Positions 48,325 to 60,397 of a stretch of DNA of 64,000 nucleotides are shown piece by piece. The position numbers and the translations under genes were made by a program. Position 1 is the first letter of the stretch. Each line of letters begins with the position of its first letter. Where the stretch lies: NCBI GenBank assembly GCA_964291415.2, contig OZ219920.1:1024001-1088000 (forward strand), in the 5' to 3' direction. This DNA comes from Alphaproteobacteria bacterium (GTDB lineage Bacteria; Pseudomonadota; Alphaproteobacteria; SP197). The notes under the pieces were generated by a model. The model made no database searches. It was given only the letters and a program-made list of their open reading frames with translations, and had not been told where the DNA came from.

Positions 48325-48414
48325 TCAGATCGAGACAAGGATGATGGCGACGATAACCGTCAGCACACATCCGGCGATGACTGTGGACGAGAGTGATTCG
48401 AGTATCTTGGCCAT
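48325..48414 (-). CDS. 29-aa single-TM small protein MAKILESLSSTVIAGCVLTVIVAIILVSI
   Basis: RBS-like GGGGGAAG before the ATG; hydrophobic helix; same strand as, and 25 nt upstream of, the DUF989 gene. Confidence 0.6.
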   Translation of the reverse strand: MAKILESLSSTVIAGCVLTVIVAIILVSI

Positions 48415-48515
48415 GAGCTTCCCCCAATCTCCGTTAGGTCCCGACACCACATGGCGGCCAACCGCGAAGGGCCACCACATTGCGTGAAACTCATATGGCA
48501 TCGCCCGCATGATGT

Positions 48516-49865
48516 CTACACCCGGCACCGGGTATGAGCCGCCAGCCAGGGATCCAGGTCGGCTCGCGCTGCAGCGACGATCGCAGACCGGCGCGCGGCT
48601 TTCCTGAGGTCGGGCCCGGGGGAAGGGAAGAGGCCGAAATTGCAGTTCATCGGCTGGAATGTGCGGGCATCCGCCCCGGTGGTGACGTGGTTGAGAAGGG
48701 CGCCAAGAGCCGTCGTCGCGGGGGGTGGAACGATGACGTCCGCGCGGCTTTCCAGCAACGCGAAACGTCCGGCGAGAAGGCCGATCGCCGTGCTCTCGAC
48801 ATAGCCCTCGACCCCGGTGATTTGTCCGGCAAATCTCAGGTGTGGCCGCTGGCGCAGTCGCAGCGCGCCATCGAGCAGGTGCGGGCTGTTGATGAAGGTG
48901 TTCCGGTGGACACCGCCCAGGCGTGCGAAACGGGCATCGTTGAGCCCGGGAATGGTGCGGAACACTTCGACCTGATCACCGTGGCGCATCTTGGTCTGGA
49001 AACCGACCATGTTGAAGAGAGTTCCAAGGGCATTGTCCTGGCGCAGTTGTACAACGGCGAAGGGTCTCTGTCCGGTGGCGGGATCGGTCAGTCCGACGGG
49101 CTTCATCGGTCCGAAGCGCAGGGTGTTGCGGCCGCGCTGCGCCAGCACCTCGATGGGCAGGCATCCTTCGAACCATGGCGTCTCCCTTTCCCAGTCGCGA
49201 AAGGGTGTCAACTGTGCGGCGCACACCCTGCCGACAAAGGCATCGTACTCCTCAAGGGTGAGCGGACAGTTGATGTAGGCCGCGGTATCTCCCGCCGGGC
49301 CGGGCTTGTCGTAACGCGACTGGAACCACGCGATGTCGAAGTCGATGCTGTCGCGGTGAATCACCGGAGCGATGGCATCGAAGAAGGCAAGGGCGTCCCG
49401 CCCTGTCGCCCGCAGGATGTCAGCGGCGAGGCCGGGCGCCGTGAGAGGACCCGTGGCGACAATCGCCAGGCCCTCGTCCGGGCCCGGGAGGGACGGCATC
49501 TCCTCGCGGCGCACTTCGATCAGCGGCTCGGACTCGATGGCCCTTTCCACGTCGCGGGAAAACCCGTGGCGATCGACAGCCAGGGCGCTTCCGGCCGGCA
49601 CCTGGTGGCGGTCGGCAGCGGCCATGATGAGGGAACCGGCGCGTCGCAGTTCCTCGTGGAGCAGGCCCACGGCATTCGTGGCGGCGTCATCTGAACGGAA
49701 CGAGTTGGAGCACACCAGTTCGGCGAGAGTGTCGGTCCTGTGAGCATCGCTGGTGCGGTGCGGTCGCATCTCGTGGAGCACGGCGCCGCCGCCTCCACGC
49801 GCGATCTGCCAGGCCGCTTCGCACCCGGCCAGACCACCACCGATGACATGAATGGATGTGTTCAC
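48516..49865 (-). CDS. trmFO: Folate/FAD-dependent tRNA (m5U54) methyltransferase
   Basis: [64 protein letters not shown]. Confidence 0.95.
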   Translation of the reverse strand: MNTSIHVIGGGLAGCEAAWQIARGGGGAVLHEMRPHRTSDAHRTDTLAELVCSNSFRSDDAATNAVGLLHEELRRAGSLIMAAADRHQVPAGSALAVDRHGFSRDVERAIESEPLIEVRREEMPSLPGPDEGLAIVATGPLTAPGLAADILRATGRDALAFFDAIAPVIHRDSIDFDIAWFQSRYDKPGPAGDTAAYINCPLTLEEYDAFVGRVCAAQLTPFRDWERETPWFEGCLPIEVLAQRGRNTLRFGPMKPVGLTDPATGQRPFAVVQLRQDNALGTLFNMVGFQTKMRHGDQVEVFRTIPGLNDARFARLGGVHRNTFINSPHLLDGALRLRQRPHLRFAGQITGVEGYVESTAIGLLAGRFALLESRADVIVPPPATTALGALLNHVTTGADARTFQPMNCNFGLFPSPGPDLRKAARRSAIVAAARADLDPWLAAHTRCRV

Positions 49866-50174
49866 GGCAGCACCTTCCGTGCATGAACTGTGGAACAGGG
49901 AGCGGGCACCGTCCGAGGAAGATCATTCGGCATCTTGAGTGAATCTTTCCAGATCAAAGACGATGCGGATTGCTCCATGTTTCATCGGACCATCGCGATC
50001 TGTCGAGGGCATAATGCAAAACGACGTTCTGTCCACTGGAATGCCCCAGCCAACACACCGGGAGGTCACAGGAGTATAGTCGAAGTGTCCCGGGGCCGAT
50101 GCACACTGCAAACCGGATCGTGCTCGTCAGGGGTGATAGAGTCCACACAAGTGGCGAAGACGCTCGGGGTTCCC

Positions 50175-51365
50175 ATGACTGATCTCAACGACGGTAGAGA
50201 CTGGACATCCATTCCTACGCTTCCCCATGTTCTGCCGGAAACCCCGGAAACACCCAGCGAAGGCACGCAATTCACCACCGGGGTGCTGCCCTATCAGCGG
50301 CTCGAGGCCCTGATCGGTTCCACGATCGTTCCTGACGATCCACCGGCGGAAGGTCAGTTGCAGCCGGCGAGCCTGGACCTCAGGCTGGGCGATGTCGCGT
50401 GGCGCGTCCGCTCGTCCTTCCTGCCGGGACCACGTTCGACCGTCGAGGGCAAGCTTGCTGAAACCGCAGGCATCATGCACGAGATTGATCTCGCCGGAGG
50501 CGCGGTCCTCGAGCGCGGATGCGTTTACATCATTCCGCTTCAGGAGAGCCTGCGCCTGAAGGCACAGGACGAACTCGCAGGTTTCGTCAATCCGAAGAGT
50601 TCGGTTGGCCGGCTCGATGTCTTCACCCGGGTCATCACGGACTACGCGACGGAGTTCGACAGGGTGGCGCGAGGCTACCGGGGTCGCCTCTACGCAGAGG
50701 TCTCACCGCGCACGTTTTCCGTTCTGGTGCGCCGCGGGTCCCGACTCGCACAGCTTCGGTTCCGTCGCGGCACTCCGCCGCTTGGCGAGGATCGGCTGCG
50801 ACAGCTTCACGACGAACACGGTCTCGTGGACACTCCTGATGCATCGATACGCGGCAATACCGTGGCCCTGACCCTGGATCTCGAAGGTGCGGGACCGGGA
50901 TCTCTCGTAGGATTTCGCGCCCGGCGGAACACCGGGGTTGTCGATGTCGATTGCAGGGGAGAACTCGAGGCTGCACGGTTCTGGGAACCCATCCATGCCG
51001 CGGCCAACCTGATTCTCGACCCCGATGAGTTTCACATCCTCGCAACCCGGGAACGGGTGAGGGTTCCGCCCGATCATGCTGCCGAGATGGCGGCCTACGA
51101 CACCCTCGTAGGCGAGTTCCGCGTGCACTATGCGGGTTTTTTCGATCCCGGCTTTGGCTGGAGCGCGGATGGTGGCGCCGGAGCAAAGGCTGTCCTCGAG
51201 GTCCGCAGTCACGAGGTTCCCTTCCTCCTCGAGCACGGCCAGATCATGGGACGACTTGCCTTTGAACGTCTCACCGAGCGCCCATCGGTTCTCTATGGCG
51301 CCGACCTCGGAAGCCACTATCAGGACCAGTCGCTGGCGCTCTCGAAGCACTTCAGTGCCAGGTGA
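50175..51365 (+). CDS. dcd: dCTP deaminase (long alphaproteobacterial type)
   Basis: QPASLDLRLG, NPKSSVGRLDVFTR, GEFRVHYAGFFDPGFG, EVRSHEVPF. Confidence 0.9.
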   Translation: MTDLNDGRDWTSIPTLPHVLPETPETPSEGTQFTTGVLPYQRLEALIGSTIVPDDPPAEGQLQPASLDLRLGDVAWRVRSSFLPGPRSTVEGKLAETAGIMHEIDLAGGAVLERGCVYIIPLQESLRLKAQDELAGFVNPKSSVGRLDVFTRVITDYATEFDRVARGYRGRLYAEVSPRTFSVLVRRGSRLAQLRFRRGTPPLGEDRLRQLHDEHGLVDTPDASIRGNTVALTLDLEGAGPGSLVGFRARRNTGVVDVDCRGELEAARFWEPIHAAANLILDPDEFHILATRERVRVPPDHAAEMAAYDTLVGEFRVHYAGFFDPGFGWSADGGAGAKAVLEVRSHEVPFLLEHGQIMGRLAFERLTERPSVLYGADLGSHYQDQSLALSKHFSAR

Positions 51366-51559
51366 ACGGCATTGGACCCGTGGTCGCGTCCTGCTCGCCG
51401 GCGAGTACGCCGAAACGTGATCGTCTCAAGCGGCACGTGACCGCAGTCAGGTGTGAAGCGCCTTCCCATCCCGGATCTGACCGAGCAAACCGGTTGTCAT
51501 ACGTTGGCGGATGTGGTTAGCGTTTGCCTGTGGTTCCGGACCACAGGGAGAATCTGGGC

Positions 51560-52588
51560 ATGACCGCTTCCTCTCCAGGCAGGCGCAATCGGGACTGGGC
51601 CTGGCACCCCGACATCCCCATGCCCGTCGTACCGTTGTTTGCCTGGCCATGGCGGCCCCTGGAGGCCCTGCGATATCTGCTGTCGCTGGGCTTCATGTGG
51701 ACACAGATCGTGCCCTTCGCGATTCTCGCGATTGTGGTCTGGGAGTTCACGCAGCCGGCCCTGGAGCGCTGCCGGGAACTCGAAGCTGGCTGGATTGTCT
51801 GGATGTACCTGCGCAATCTCGGTCTCATGATCCTGATCGCCGGGGGGCTGCATCTCTTTTTCCATACCTTCCGTGCCCAGGGCGACCGGCGAAAGTTCGA
51901 CACCCGCGACCTTGCCCGCAACGATGCGCGCTTCTTCACCGGAAACCAGACGCGTGACAACATCTTCTGGTCGTGTACCAGCGGCGTCGGTATCTGGACG
52001 GCCTACGAGGTCATCATGATGTGGGGGTATGCCAACGGCTGGTTCCCGCATTTCCTCGTCTGGCACGAGAATCCGGTTCTCTTCGTCGCCTGGTTCCTGA
52101 TCATTCCCTTCTGGTCGGCCGTGCACTTCTATGTCATCCACCGGCTGCTTCACTGGAAGCCGCTTTTCCGCATTGCCCACGCCCTGCATCATCGCAATGT
52201 GACGGTCGGACCCTGGTCGGGCCTGTCGATGCATCCGATCGAGCACCTCATCTATCTCTCGGGCGTCTTCATTCACGCGGCGGTTCTGTCGCACCCGGTG
52301 CATGTCCTGTTCCACGGGCAATACAACACCCTGCAGGCGGCAACGTCCCATACAGGTTTCGATTCCATCCTGGTGCGCGGCAAGCCGGTTCACTACGCGG
52401 GCAGCTTCTTCCACACGCTTCACCATCGCTACTACAACTGCAACTACGGCAACCAGCTGGTGCCGATGGACAAGTGGTTCGGCAGTTACCACGACGGTAC
52501 CCCCGAGACATGGGCCAGGTTGCGCCGCCGCATGGCAACGCGATCGGTTGCGACAGCACCCGATCGCGGCACGTCATCCATTGCGTGA
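51560..52588 (+). CDS. Sterol desaturase / fatty acid hydroxylase family membrane di-iron enzyme
   Basis: His boxes HFYVIHRLLH, HALHH, HTLHH..YNCNYG; PWSGLSMHPIE; DKWFGSYHDG. Confidence 0.9.
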   Translation: MTASSPGRRNRDWAWHPDIPMPVVPLFAWPWRPLEALRYLLSLGFMWTQIVPFAILAIVVWEFTQPALERCRELEAGWIVWMYLRNLGLMILIAGGLHLFFHTFRAQGDRRKFDTRDLARNDARFFTGNQTRDNIFWSCTSGVGIWTAYEVIMMWGYANGWFPHFLVWHENPVLFVAWFLIIPFWSAVHFYVIHRLLHWKPLFRIAHALHHRNVTVGPWSGLSMHPIEHLIYLSGVFIHAAVLSHPVHVLFHGQYNTLQAATSHTGFDSILVRGKPVHYAGSFFHTLHHRYYNCNYGNQLVPMDKWFGSYHDGTPETWARLRRRMATRSVATAPDRGTSSIA

Positions 52589-52591
52589 GGA

Positions 52592-55447
52592 CTATTCCGC
52601 CGCGGCCGTAACGGTCCCTGCGTCGGAGAGGATGCCGGCGAGATAGCGGCCCGTGTGACTGGCCGGGATCCCGGCAACAGCCTCCGGTTCTCCCTCTGCG
52701 ACAATGTGACCGCCTTCGTCGCCGCCCTCGGGTCCAAGATCGATGATCCAGTCGGCGGTCTTGATCACTTCCAGGTTGTGCTCGATGACGACCACGGTGT
52801 TGCCGGTATCGACCAGGGCGTGCAGGACCTCGAGGAGCCTGCGCACGTCCTCGAAGTGAAGACCCGTGGTTGGTTCGTCGAGAATGTAGAGGGTGCGTCC
52901 GGTGGCGCGTCGCGACAGTTCCTTGGCCAGCTTGACCCGCTGCGCCTCGCCGCCCGAGAGCGTCGTCGCCGGCTGACCGACCCTGATGTAGCCCAGTCCG
53001 ACGCGCATCAGCATATCGAGTTTCGAGCGGATGGCCGGAACGGCCTGAAAGAAATCGCGTCCTTCCTCGACGGTCATGTCGAGCACATCCGCGATCGACT
53101 TGCCGCGGAACCTGATCTCCAGGGTCTCCCGGTTGTAGCGTCGGCCCCGGCAGGTGTCGCACTGGACGTAGACATCGGCGAGAAAGTGCATTTCGATGCG
53201 CAACAGGCCGTCACCGCGACACGCCTCGCAACGCCCGCCCTCGACATTGAAACTGAAGCGACCGGGCTGGTAGCCCCGCGCCTTCGATTCCGGCAGACCG
53301 GCAAACCACTCGCGGATGGGGGTGAAGGCGCCGGTGTAGGTGGCCGGATTGGATCGCGGCGTCCGGCCGATCGGTGACTGGTCGATGTCCACCACCTTGT
53401 CGAACATGTCGGCACCCTCGAGAACCGAATGGGCTCCTGCCGCGTGGTGGTGCGACCCGAGGTGGTTGTTGAGCGCCAGGTAGAGGGTTTCGTTCACCAG
53501 GGTCGACTTGCCGCTGCCGGACACTCCGGTCACGCAGGTGAGGGCGCCAACGGGAAAGCGGGCCGTGATCGCCTTGAGATTGTTGGCCGACGCTCCGGCG
53601 AGGGTCAGGAACCGTTCCGATCCGCGCCGGCTGCCGGGGACGTCGATCTGGCGTGCGCCAACGAGATACTGACCGGTCAGACTCGCCTCGCTCGCCATCA
53701 CGTCACCCGGCGTTCCCTCGGCGACGATGTGACCGCCGTGTTCACCGGCGCCGGGGCCCAGGTCGATCACGTGGTCGGCGGCGCGGATTGCTTCCTCGTC
53801 GTGTTCGACGACGATCACCGTGTTTCCCAGGTTGCGCAGATCGGTCAGGGTTTCCAGAAGCCGCTGGTTGTCTCTCTGGTGCAGGCCAATCGACGGCTCA
53901 TCGAGCACGTAGAGGACCCCGGTCAGGCCCGATCCGATCTGGGAGGCGAGCCTGATGCGCTGGCCCTCGCCGCCGGACAACGTTCCGGAACGGCGTGACA
54001 GGGCCAGATAGTCGAGACCCACCCGGCTGAGGAACGTCAGGCGATCGTTGATTTCGGCAAGGATGCGCCGGGCAATTTCGGCCTGCTGGGGGTTCAACGT
54101 CCTGGCCACGCCGGCAAACCAGAGCCGCGCTTCGCCGATCGAATACTCCGAGACCTCGGCGATATGCTTGCCGGCTATGCGCACGGCAAGGGCCTCAGGC
54201 TTGAGACGGAAACCGTTGCAGGCCTCGCAGGTCGTCATGGCCTGATAGCGGCCGAGTTCTTCGCGTACGTGTTCGCTCGATGTCTCCCTGAGGCGTCTCT
54301 CAAGGCCCGGAACCACGCCTCTGAACGGCGCCCGGAACTCGGAAAGATCGTCTTCTTCGCCGAATTCCTCCGTCCACCTTATCTTCTCGTTGCCCGACCC
54401 CTCGAGAAGCATGGTGCGCATGTCCTGTGGCAGCTCCTGCCAGGGCGTATGGAGGGATTCGCCGAAATGGCGGGCTACCGAGCGCATGGCCCGCCTGTAG
54501 TAGAGGCTGGAGCTGCGATGCCAGGGAACGATGGCGCCGCCGTCGAGACTGCGACGGTGATCGGGAACAATGAGATTGACGTCGAAGACGAGGCGTGTGC
54601 CGATGCCGCTGCACTCCGGACAGGCGCCGAACGGGTTGTTGAAGGAAAACAGCCGGGGTTCGATCTCTTCGATCGTGAAACCCGACACGGGGCAGGCAAA
54701 TCGCGAGGAGAGAGTCGTCTGCTCGTGACTGTCGACGTCAAAGACGACAAGGAGTCCGTCGGAAAGACCGAGGACGGTCTCGATGGAGTCCGCCAGCCGT
54801 CCCTCCAGCCCTTCGCGCTTGACGACCCGGTCGACCACGACCTCGATGGTGTGCTTGCGTTTCTTGTCCAGACGCGGGGCATCCTCGATCATGTGAACGG
54901 CGCCGTCGATCCTCACACGCTGAAACCCCGACCTCAGCAGCTCGCCAAGCTCCTTGCGGTATTCGCCCTTGCGACCCCGCACCACCGGAGCCAGCAGCAT
55001 GAGACGCGCGCCATCGGCCATGCCCATGATCCGGTCAACCATCTGGCTGACCGACTGGCTTTCAATCGGCAATCCGGTCACGGGCGACCAGGGAACGCCG
55101 ACCCTGGCCCACAAGAGGCGCATGTAGTCGTGAATCTCCGTCACCGTGCCAACCGTCGAGCGTGGATTCTTCGAGGTAGTCTTCTGCTCGATCGAGATCG
55201 CCGGGGACAGACCGTCGATGTGCTCGACATCGGGCTTTTCCATCATCTCGAGGAACTGGCGCGCATAGGCACTCAGACTTTCGACGTAGCGTCTCTGGCC
55301 TTCGGCATAGATCGTATCGAAGGCAAGGGACGACTTGCCCGACCCGCTCAGTCCGGTCATGACGATCAGACGGTCCCGGGGGAACTCGACGTTGATACCC
55401 TTGAGATTGTGCTCCCGCGCGCCGCGTACGCGGATGCTCTTGGTCAT
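52592..55447 (-). CDS. uvrA: Excinuclease ABC subunit A
   Basis: [17 protein letters not shown], two ABC modules ([16 protein letters not shown]), zinc fingers. Confidence 0.98.
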   Translation of the reverse strand: MTKSIRVRGAREHNLKGINVEFPRDRLIVMTGLSGSGKSSLAFDTIYAEGQRRYVESLSAYARQFLEMMEKPDVEHIDGLSPAISIEQKTTSKNPRSTVGTVTEIHDYMRLLWARVGVPWSPVTGLPIESQSVSQMVDRIMGMADGARLMLLAPVVRGRKGEYRKELGELLRSGFQRVRIDGAVHMIEDAPRLDKKRKHTIEVVVDRVVKREGLEGRLADSIETVLGLSDGLLVVFDVDSHEQTTLSSRFACPVSGFTIEEIEPRLFSFNNPFGACPECSGIGTRLVFDVNLIVPDHRRSLDGGAIVPWHRSSSLYYRRAMRSVARHFGESLHTPWQELPQDMRTMLLEGSGNEKIRWTEEFGEEDDLSEFRAPFRGVVPGLERRLRETSSEHVREELGRYQAMTTCEACNGFRLKPEALAVRIAGKHIAEVSEYSIGEARLWFAGVARTLNPQQAEIARRILAEINDRLTFLSRVGLDYLALSRRSGTLSGGEGQRIRLASQIGSGLTGVLYVLDEPSIGLHQRDNQRLLETLTDLRNLGNTVIVVEHDEEAIRAADHVIDLGPGAGEHGGHIVAEGTPGDVMASEASLTGQYLVGARQIDVPGSRRGSERFLTLAGASANNLKAITARFPVGALTCVTGVSGSGKSTLVNETLYLALNNHLGSHHHAAGAHSVLEGADMFDKVVDIDQSPIGRTPRSNPATYTGAFTPIREWFAGLPESKARGYQPGRFSFNVEGGRCEACRGDGLLRIEMHFLADVYVQCDTCRGRRYNRETLEIRFRGKSIADVLDMTVEEGRDFFQAVPAIRSKLDMLMRVGLGYIRVGQPATTLSGGEAQRVKLAKELSRRATGRTLYILDEPTTGLHFEDVRRLLEVLHALVDTGNTVVVIEHNLEVIKTADWIIDLGPEGGDEGGHIVAEGEPEAVAGIPASHTGRYLAGILSDAGTVTAAAE

Positions 55448-55607
55448 GATGGTTCCGTGTCGCTCCCACCTTGTTTATGGGGAGGCGCTTTGTCTGGCAA
55501 GGGCGCCGACTGTGGATAGGCGTCACAGTTCTTCATGCGCCGCCGGCAAACCCCTGATATGCTCAACGATACACCCAATTCACCGGTCATTCATGTGGAG
55601 ATGCCAG

Positions 55608-56081
55608 ATGGCAGGAAGTGTCAACAAGGTCATATTGGTGGGCAACCTCGGGCGTGATCCGGAGATCCGCCGGATGACGTCGGGAGACGCCGTCGCCAAT
55701 CTGTCGCTTGCCACCACCAAGACCTGGAATGACCGGCAGACGGGCGAGAAGAGGGAGCGCACCGAGTGGCATCGGGTGGCCATTTTCGGCCGGACGGCGG
55801 AGGTTGCCGAGCGCTACCTGCGGAAGGGTGCAAAAATCTATATCGAGGGTGAGTTGCAAACCCGCAAGTGGCAGGACCAGAGCGGCCAGGAACGTTATAC
55901 GACGGAAGTCGTGGTGCGGGGCTTTGGTGGCACAATGGTGATGCTCGACAGCCGGGGAGGGGGTGCGCCACGCATGGACGATGGCGACCCGCAACAGTCA
56001 CCGTGGAATGAAGTCGAGGATTCCGGCCAGACGATCTCCGACAGGATTTCATCGGACTTCGACGACGGAATCCCCTTCTGA
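55608..56081 (+). CDS. ssb: Single-stranded DNA-binding protein
   Basis: [23 protein letters not shown]-terminal DDGIPF. Confidence 0.97.
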   Translation: MAGSVNKVILVGNLGRDPEIRRMTSGDAVANLSLATTKTWNDRQTGEKRERTEWHRVAIFGRTAEVAERYLRKGAKIYIEGELQTRKWQDQSGQERYTTEVVVRGFGGTMVMLDSRGGGAPRMDDGDPQQSPWNEVEDSGQTISDRISSDFDDGIPF

Positions 56082-56121
56082 GCACCGTGCCAGGGAGACC
56101 CCTGCGGCCAGTCGATAGCGC

Positions 56122-58821
56122 ATGGCGGGACGTGACGTGACCGATCCGGTTTCTTCCGAGGCCATCGCGCCGGTTTCAATCGAGGATGAGCTGCGCCGGA
56201 GCTACCTCGACTATGCCATGAGCGTCATCGTGTCGCGGGCCCTTCCCGATGTTCGCGATGGCCTCAAGCCGGTCCAGCGGCGCATTCTCTATGCGATGGG
56301 CGAAGCCGGCTATACAGCCGAGCGTCCCTACCGCAAGTCCGCCCGCATCGTCGGCGACGTGATGGCCCGTTATCATCCCCATGGCGACAGTGCGATCTAC
56401 GATGCCATGGTGAGGATGGCGCAGACCTTCACCATGCGTTCGCCACTTGTCGATGGTCAGGGGAACTTCGGTTCCATGGATGCAGATCCGCCGGCCGCCA
56501 TGCGCTACACCGAGGCAAGACTTGCCCGCATCGCGTCCAGCCTGCTTTCCGATATCGACCATGACACGGTGGATTTTCGCGACAACTACGATGGCAGCGA
56601 AACGGAACCGGTTGTGCTGCCGGCCTGTTTCCCCAATCTCATCGTCAACGGCAGCACCGGTATCGCTGTTGGCATGGCCACCAACATTCCACCTCACAAT
56701 CTCGGTGAAGTGATTGATGCATGCTGCGCATTCATTGACGATCCAGCCATCGCTCCCGGCGACCTTCTGCGATACGTGCCGTGCCCCGACTTTCCCACCG
56801 GGGGAATGGTCATGGGACAGGCCGGCGTGCGGGATGCCTACCTTTCAGGAAAGGGACGGATCGTCGTGCGTGCCCGCACTCACGTCGAGGAGGTGCGCAA
56901 GGGACGCGAGGCGATCATCGTCACCGAAGTTCCCTATCAGGTGAACAAGGCGCGGTTGATCGAACGCATTTCCGAACTGGTCCGAGACAAGCGCGTGGAA
57001 GGAATCCACGAATTGCGCGATGAGAGCGACCGTCACGGAGTGCGGGTGGTGATCGAACTCAAGCGCGATGCGATGTCCGATGTCGTGCTCAACCAGCTGT
57101 GGCACTACACACCGCTGCAGATCGTCTTTGCGGTCAACATGCTGGCCCTCGACGAGGCAGGACGACCCCGCCAGATGTCGCTCCTTGATGTCATTGCGCG
57201 GTTCATCCGTTTCCGCGAAGACGTGGTCACCCGGCGGCTGCGCCATGAACTTGCGCGCATGCAGGAGCGTGCCCACCAGTTGATCGGTCTTGCCATCGCC
57301 GTCACGGAAGTCGACGAGGTGGTGACGCTCATCCGCAAGGCCGCCAGTCCGGAGGATGCGCGCACACAGTTGATGGCCAGGACCTGGCGCGCAGCCGTGG
57401 TTGAACCGGTGCTCGGACTCATCGAGGGTGCGGAAGCCCTCGCCCGGTTGCGCGAAGAGGGTGTCTATCGTCTCTCCATCGAGCAGGCGCGCGCCATTCT
57501 GGAGCTGCGACTGCAACGGTTGACCGGCCTGGAGAGAGACAAGATCATCGCCGAACTCAAGGGGTTGGCGGAGAAAATCAAGGGCCACCTTACCATCCTG
57601 GCGTCACGGGACCGCCTGATGGAACTCATTCGCGGAGAACTCGTCGCATTGCGTGACGAATTCGCCAATGAACGGCGCACGGAGCTCGGCGACGAGGTAT
57701 TCGACAGGACTGACGAGGACCTGATCCAACCGGAGGACATGGTCGTCACCGTCAGTCTCAACGGTTACGTCAAGCGGGTGCCGCTGGCCGACTACCGGGC
57801 GCAAAGGCGCGGTGGCAAGGGACGCAGTGGCATGTCCATCCGCGACGAGGATGTCGTCAACCAGGTGTTCGTGGTCAACACTCACGCCTGGGTCCTGTTT
57901 TTTGCCACCTCCGGTCTTGTCTTCCGTCTGAAAACCTACCGCCTGCCCATGGCAACGCCGCAGGCACGCGGCAAGGCCTTCGTCAACCTGCTGCCCCTGG
58001 ATGACGGCGAAACGATCTCGACGGTCATGCCCATGCCGATCGACGAGGCAAGCTGGGACGACCTGCACGTGGTATTCGCGACCGCGCAGGGCACGATACG
58101 ACGCAACCGGTTGTCGGACTTTGCCAACATCCGAAGAAACGGTCTCATCGCCATGAAACTGGAGGAGGGCGAGAGGCTGATCGGCGTCAAGACCTGCCGA
58201 GAGGATCAGGACATCCTGCTGTTCACCCGCCAGGGGCGCGCCATCCGCTTTCCCGTCGACGCCATCCGAACGTTCGCCGGGCGCACCTCCACGGGCGTGA
58301 GGGGGATCCGCCTTGGAGACGGCGATGCCGTCATCGACATGACGGTCCTCGATCACATCGACATCAATCCGGAGGTCAGGGCGGCCTACCTGAAACGGGC
58401 GGGGCTGGAACGGCGTTCAGACCAGGATGAGACGGACGATGCGCCCGGCATCGCTGACGACGTCTACGAAGAACTGCGCGGCCGGGAACAGTTTCTCCTT
58501 ACCGTGGCCAGCGATGGCCTTGGCAAGCGCAGTTCGGCCTACGAGTACCGGGTCACGGGACGGGGAGGGCAGGGCATCGCCAACATGGACCTCGATCGTG
58601 GCGAGGACATGGATCGCGCCGAAGTGGTTGCCTCGTTTCCGATAGTCGACAGCGACCAGGTCGTGCTCGTCTCCGACACCGGCCAACTGATCCGCAGTCC
58701 CGTCAACGAGATACGCATTGCCGGTCGCAACACTCGCGGCGTGCATCTCTTCCGTGTTACCGAGGGCACGAAAGTGGTATCGGTGGCGCTGGTCAAGGAA
58801 GAAGACAACGGGGATCCCTGA
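56122..58821 (+). CDS. gyrA: DNA gyrase subunit A
   Basis: [33 protein letters not shown], GyrA-box QRRGGKG. Confidence 0.98.
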   Translation: MAGRDVTDPVSSEAIAPVSIEDELRRSYLDYAMSVIVSRALPDVRDGLKPVQRRILYAMGEAGYTAERPYRKSARIVGDVMARYHPHGDSAIYDAMVRMAQTFTMRSPLVDGQGNFGSMDADPPAAMRYTEARLARIASSLLSDIDHDTVDFRDNYDGSETEPVVLPACFPNLIVNGSTGIAVGMATNIPPHNLGEVIDACCAFIDDPAIAPGDLLRYVPCPDFPTGGMVMGQAGVRDAYLSGKGRIVVRARTHVEEVRKGREAIIVTEVPYQVNKARLIERISELVRDKRVEGIHELRDESDRHGVRVVIELKRDAMSDVVLNQLWHYTPLQIVFAVNMLALDEAGRPRQMSLLDVIARFIRFREDVVTRRLRHELARMQERAHQLIGLAIAVTEVDEVVTLIRKAASPEDARTQLMARTWRAAVVEPVLGLIEGAEALARLREEGVYRLSIEQARAILELRLQRLTGLERDKIIAELKGLAEKIKGHLTILASRDRLMELIRGELVALRDEFANERRTELGDEVFDRTDEDLIQPEDMVVTVSLNGYVKRVPLADYRAQRRGGKGRSGMSIRDEDVVNQVFVVNTHAWVLFFATSGLVFRLKTYRLPMATPQARGKAFVNLLPLDDGETISTVMPMPIDEASWDDLHVVFATAQGTIRRNRLSDFANIRRNGLIAMKLEEGERLIGVKTCREDQDILLFTRQGRAIRFPVDAIRTFAGRTSTGVRGIRLGDGDAVIDMTVLDHIDINPEVRAAYLKRAGLERRSDQDETDDAPGIADDVYEELRGREQFLLTVASDGLGKRSSAYEYRVTGRGGQGIANMDLDRGEDMDRAEVVASFPIVDSDQVVLVSDTGQLIRSPVNEIRIAGRNTRGVHLFRVTEGTKVVSVALVKEEDNGDP

Positions 58822-58850
58822 CGCGTCAGGGGCGATCCGGGGAAGGTTTG

Positions 58851-59354
58851 ATGAACGCGAACAGGGTTGGTGTCTATCCGGGTTCGTTCGATCCCGTGAC
58901 CAATGGGCATATCGACGTCATTTCAAGGGCACGCACGCTGGTGGACAGGCTCATCGTCGGCGTGGCCGTCAACACCGGCAAGAATCCGCTGTTCGGTTAC
59001 GACGAGCGCGTGGAGATGCTCGAGAAGGAACTGTCGGATCTCGGGGACGCGTCGGGACTTGCGTGCATCGACGTGCGTCCCATCAACGGTCTTCTGGTGG
59101 CCTTCGCGAAGGAGTGTGGCGCCGGTGTGATCATCCGCGGACTGCGTGCCGTCAGCGATTTCGACTACGAGTTCCAGATGGCTGGCATGAACGCCCGCAT
59201 GGAACCCGGCGTTGAAACGGTGTTCCTCATGGCTTCTGAACGCCACACGTTCATTTCGTCGCGCCTGGTCAAGGAAGTGGCCTTGCTGGGGGGCGACTTC
59301 GCGAGCTTCGTTCCTGAGCGCGTGGCCCAACGCCTTGCCAGGGCCATAGCCTGA
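58851..59354 (+). CDS. coaD: Phosphopantetheine adenylyltransferase
   Basis: YPGSFDPVTNGH, RGLRAVSDFDYE, ISS.LVKE. Confidence 0.96.
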   Translation: MNANRVGVYPGSFDPVTNGHIDVISRARTLVDRLIVGVAVNTGKNPLFGYDERVEMLEKELSDLGDASGLACIDVRPINGLLVAFAKECGAGVIIRGLRAVSDFDYEFQMAGMNARMEPGVETVFLMASERHTFISSRLVKEVALLGGDFASFVPERVAQRLARAIA

Positions 59355-59359
59355 GGCCG

Positions 59360-60397
59360 ATGCGGGTCGACACGTTCGACTTCGACCTTCCGTCCGACAG
59401 GATCGCGACACGCCCTGTGGAGCCCCGCGATGCGGCGCGCCTTCTGTTTGTCGACGGCGCTGGCGACCGGACCCATCACGTCTTCGCGGATCTCCCCCGG
59501 CTCCTCGAACCGGGCGACATTCTCGTGGTCAACGATACCCGGGTCGTGCCCGTCCGGATGAGCGGGCAGAGTGCCCGCACCCCTGTTGAAGTGACGGCGG
59601 TGGGTTGCGAGGGCGGTAGCCTGTGGCGGGTTCTGGCGCGCCCGGCCCGCAAGCTCAAGCCGGGGCAGTCGATCTCGTTGCCTGGCGAGATGTCTGCCAC
59701 TGTCGTCGCCAGGGAGGCGAACGGAGCCGTCATTCTCGATGTCGGCATGGCCAGGGAGGAGTTTCTGGCCCATCTCGAATGCCACGGAGTCATGCCGCTG
59801 CCACCCTACATCCGGCGTCATGCGGATGAGCGCGACCGCAGCGACTATCAGACCATCTTCGCCCTCAAAGCCGGGGCCATCGCCGCCCCGACCGCCGGGC
59901 TTCACTTCACGGAGCGATTGCTCGACGCCCTCGCCGCAGCAGGAATCGGGCGTGTTGCCCTTACATTGCATGTCGGCCCAGGCACCTTCATGCCGGTCCG
60001 CACGGATGCGGTGCGGGATCACGAGATGCAGGAGGAGTGGGGAGAGGTCTCCCAGGAGGCGGCAGACCGGATCAATGCCGTGCGGCAATCCGGCGGGCGA
60101 GTCATCGCTGTCGGCACGACCACCGTGCGCCTTCTCGAAAGCGCGGTTGACGACTCCGGCGTCGTGCACCCCTATCGGGGCGACACCGCTCTCTTCATCA
60201 TGCCGGGCCACAGGTTCCGTGCCATCGACGCCCTCATCACCAACTTTCACCTTCCCCGTTCGACGCTCTTCATGCTCGTGTGCGCCTTTCTCGGCACCGG
60301 CATCATGAAGCGGGCCTACCAGGATGCCATCGCCGGGGACTACCGTTTCTACAGCTACGGCGACGCCTGCCTGCTGGCGAGAGAACGACCGTGTTGA
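59360..60397 (+). CDS. queA: SAM:tRNA ribosyltransferase-isomerase
   Basis: [45 protein letters not shown]. Confidence 0.96.
   Translation: MRVDTFDFDLPSDRIATRPVEPRDAARLLFVDGAGDRTHHVFADLPRLLEPGDILVVNDTRVVPVRMSGQSARTPVEVTAVGCEGGSLWRVLARPARKLKPGQSISLPGEMSATVVAREANGAVILDVGMAREEFLAHLECHGVMPLPPYIRRHADERDRSDYQTIFALKAGAIAAPTAGLHFTERLLDALAAAGIGRVALTLHVGPGTFMPVRTDAVRDHEMQEEWGEVSQEAADRINAVRQSGGRVIAVGTTTVRLLESAVDDSGVVHPYRGDTALFIMPGHRFRAIDALITNFHLPRSTLFMLVCAFLGTGIMKRAYQDAIAGDYRFYSYGDACLLARERPC

Noticed and set aside
51370-51450. Possible SAM-II riboswitch after dcd (CGTGGT...CACG)
   Set aside because: It lacks the GATTT...GCTAAA elements I would expect, and the downstream gene is not a methionine gene.
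55462-55476. GCTC-N7-GTTT as an alphaproteobacterial LexA box (GTTC-N7-GTTC) between uvrA and ssb
   Set aside because: The location is plausible, but two mismatches in eight positions are too weak to call without a PWM.
56360-56420. GyrA quinolone-resistance region
   Set aside because: HGDSAIYD is the wild-type pattern; nothing unusual.
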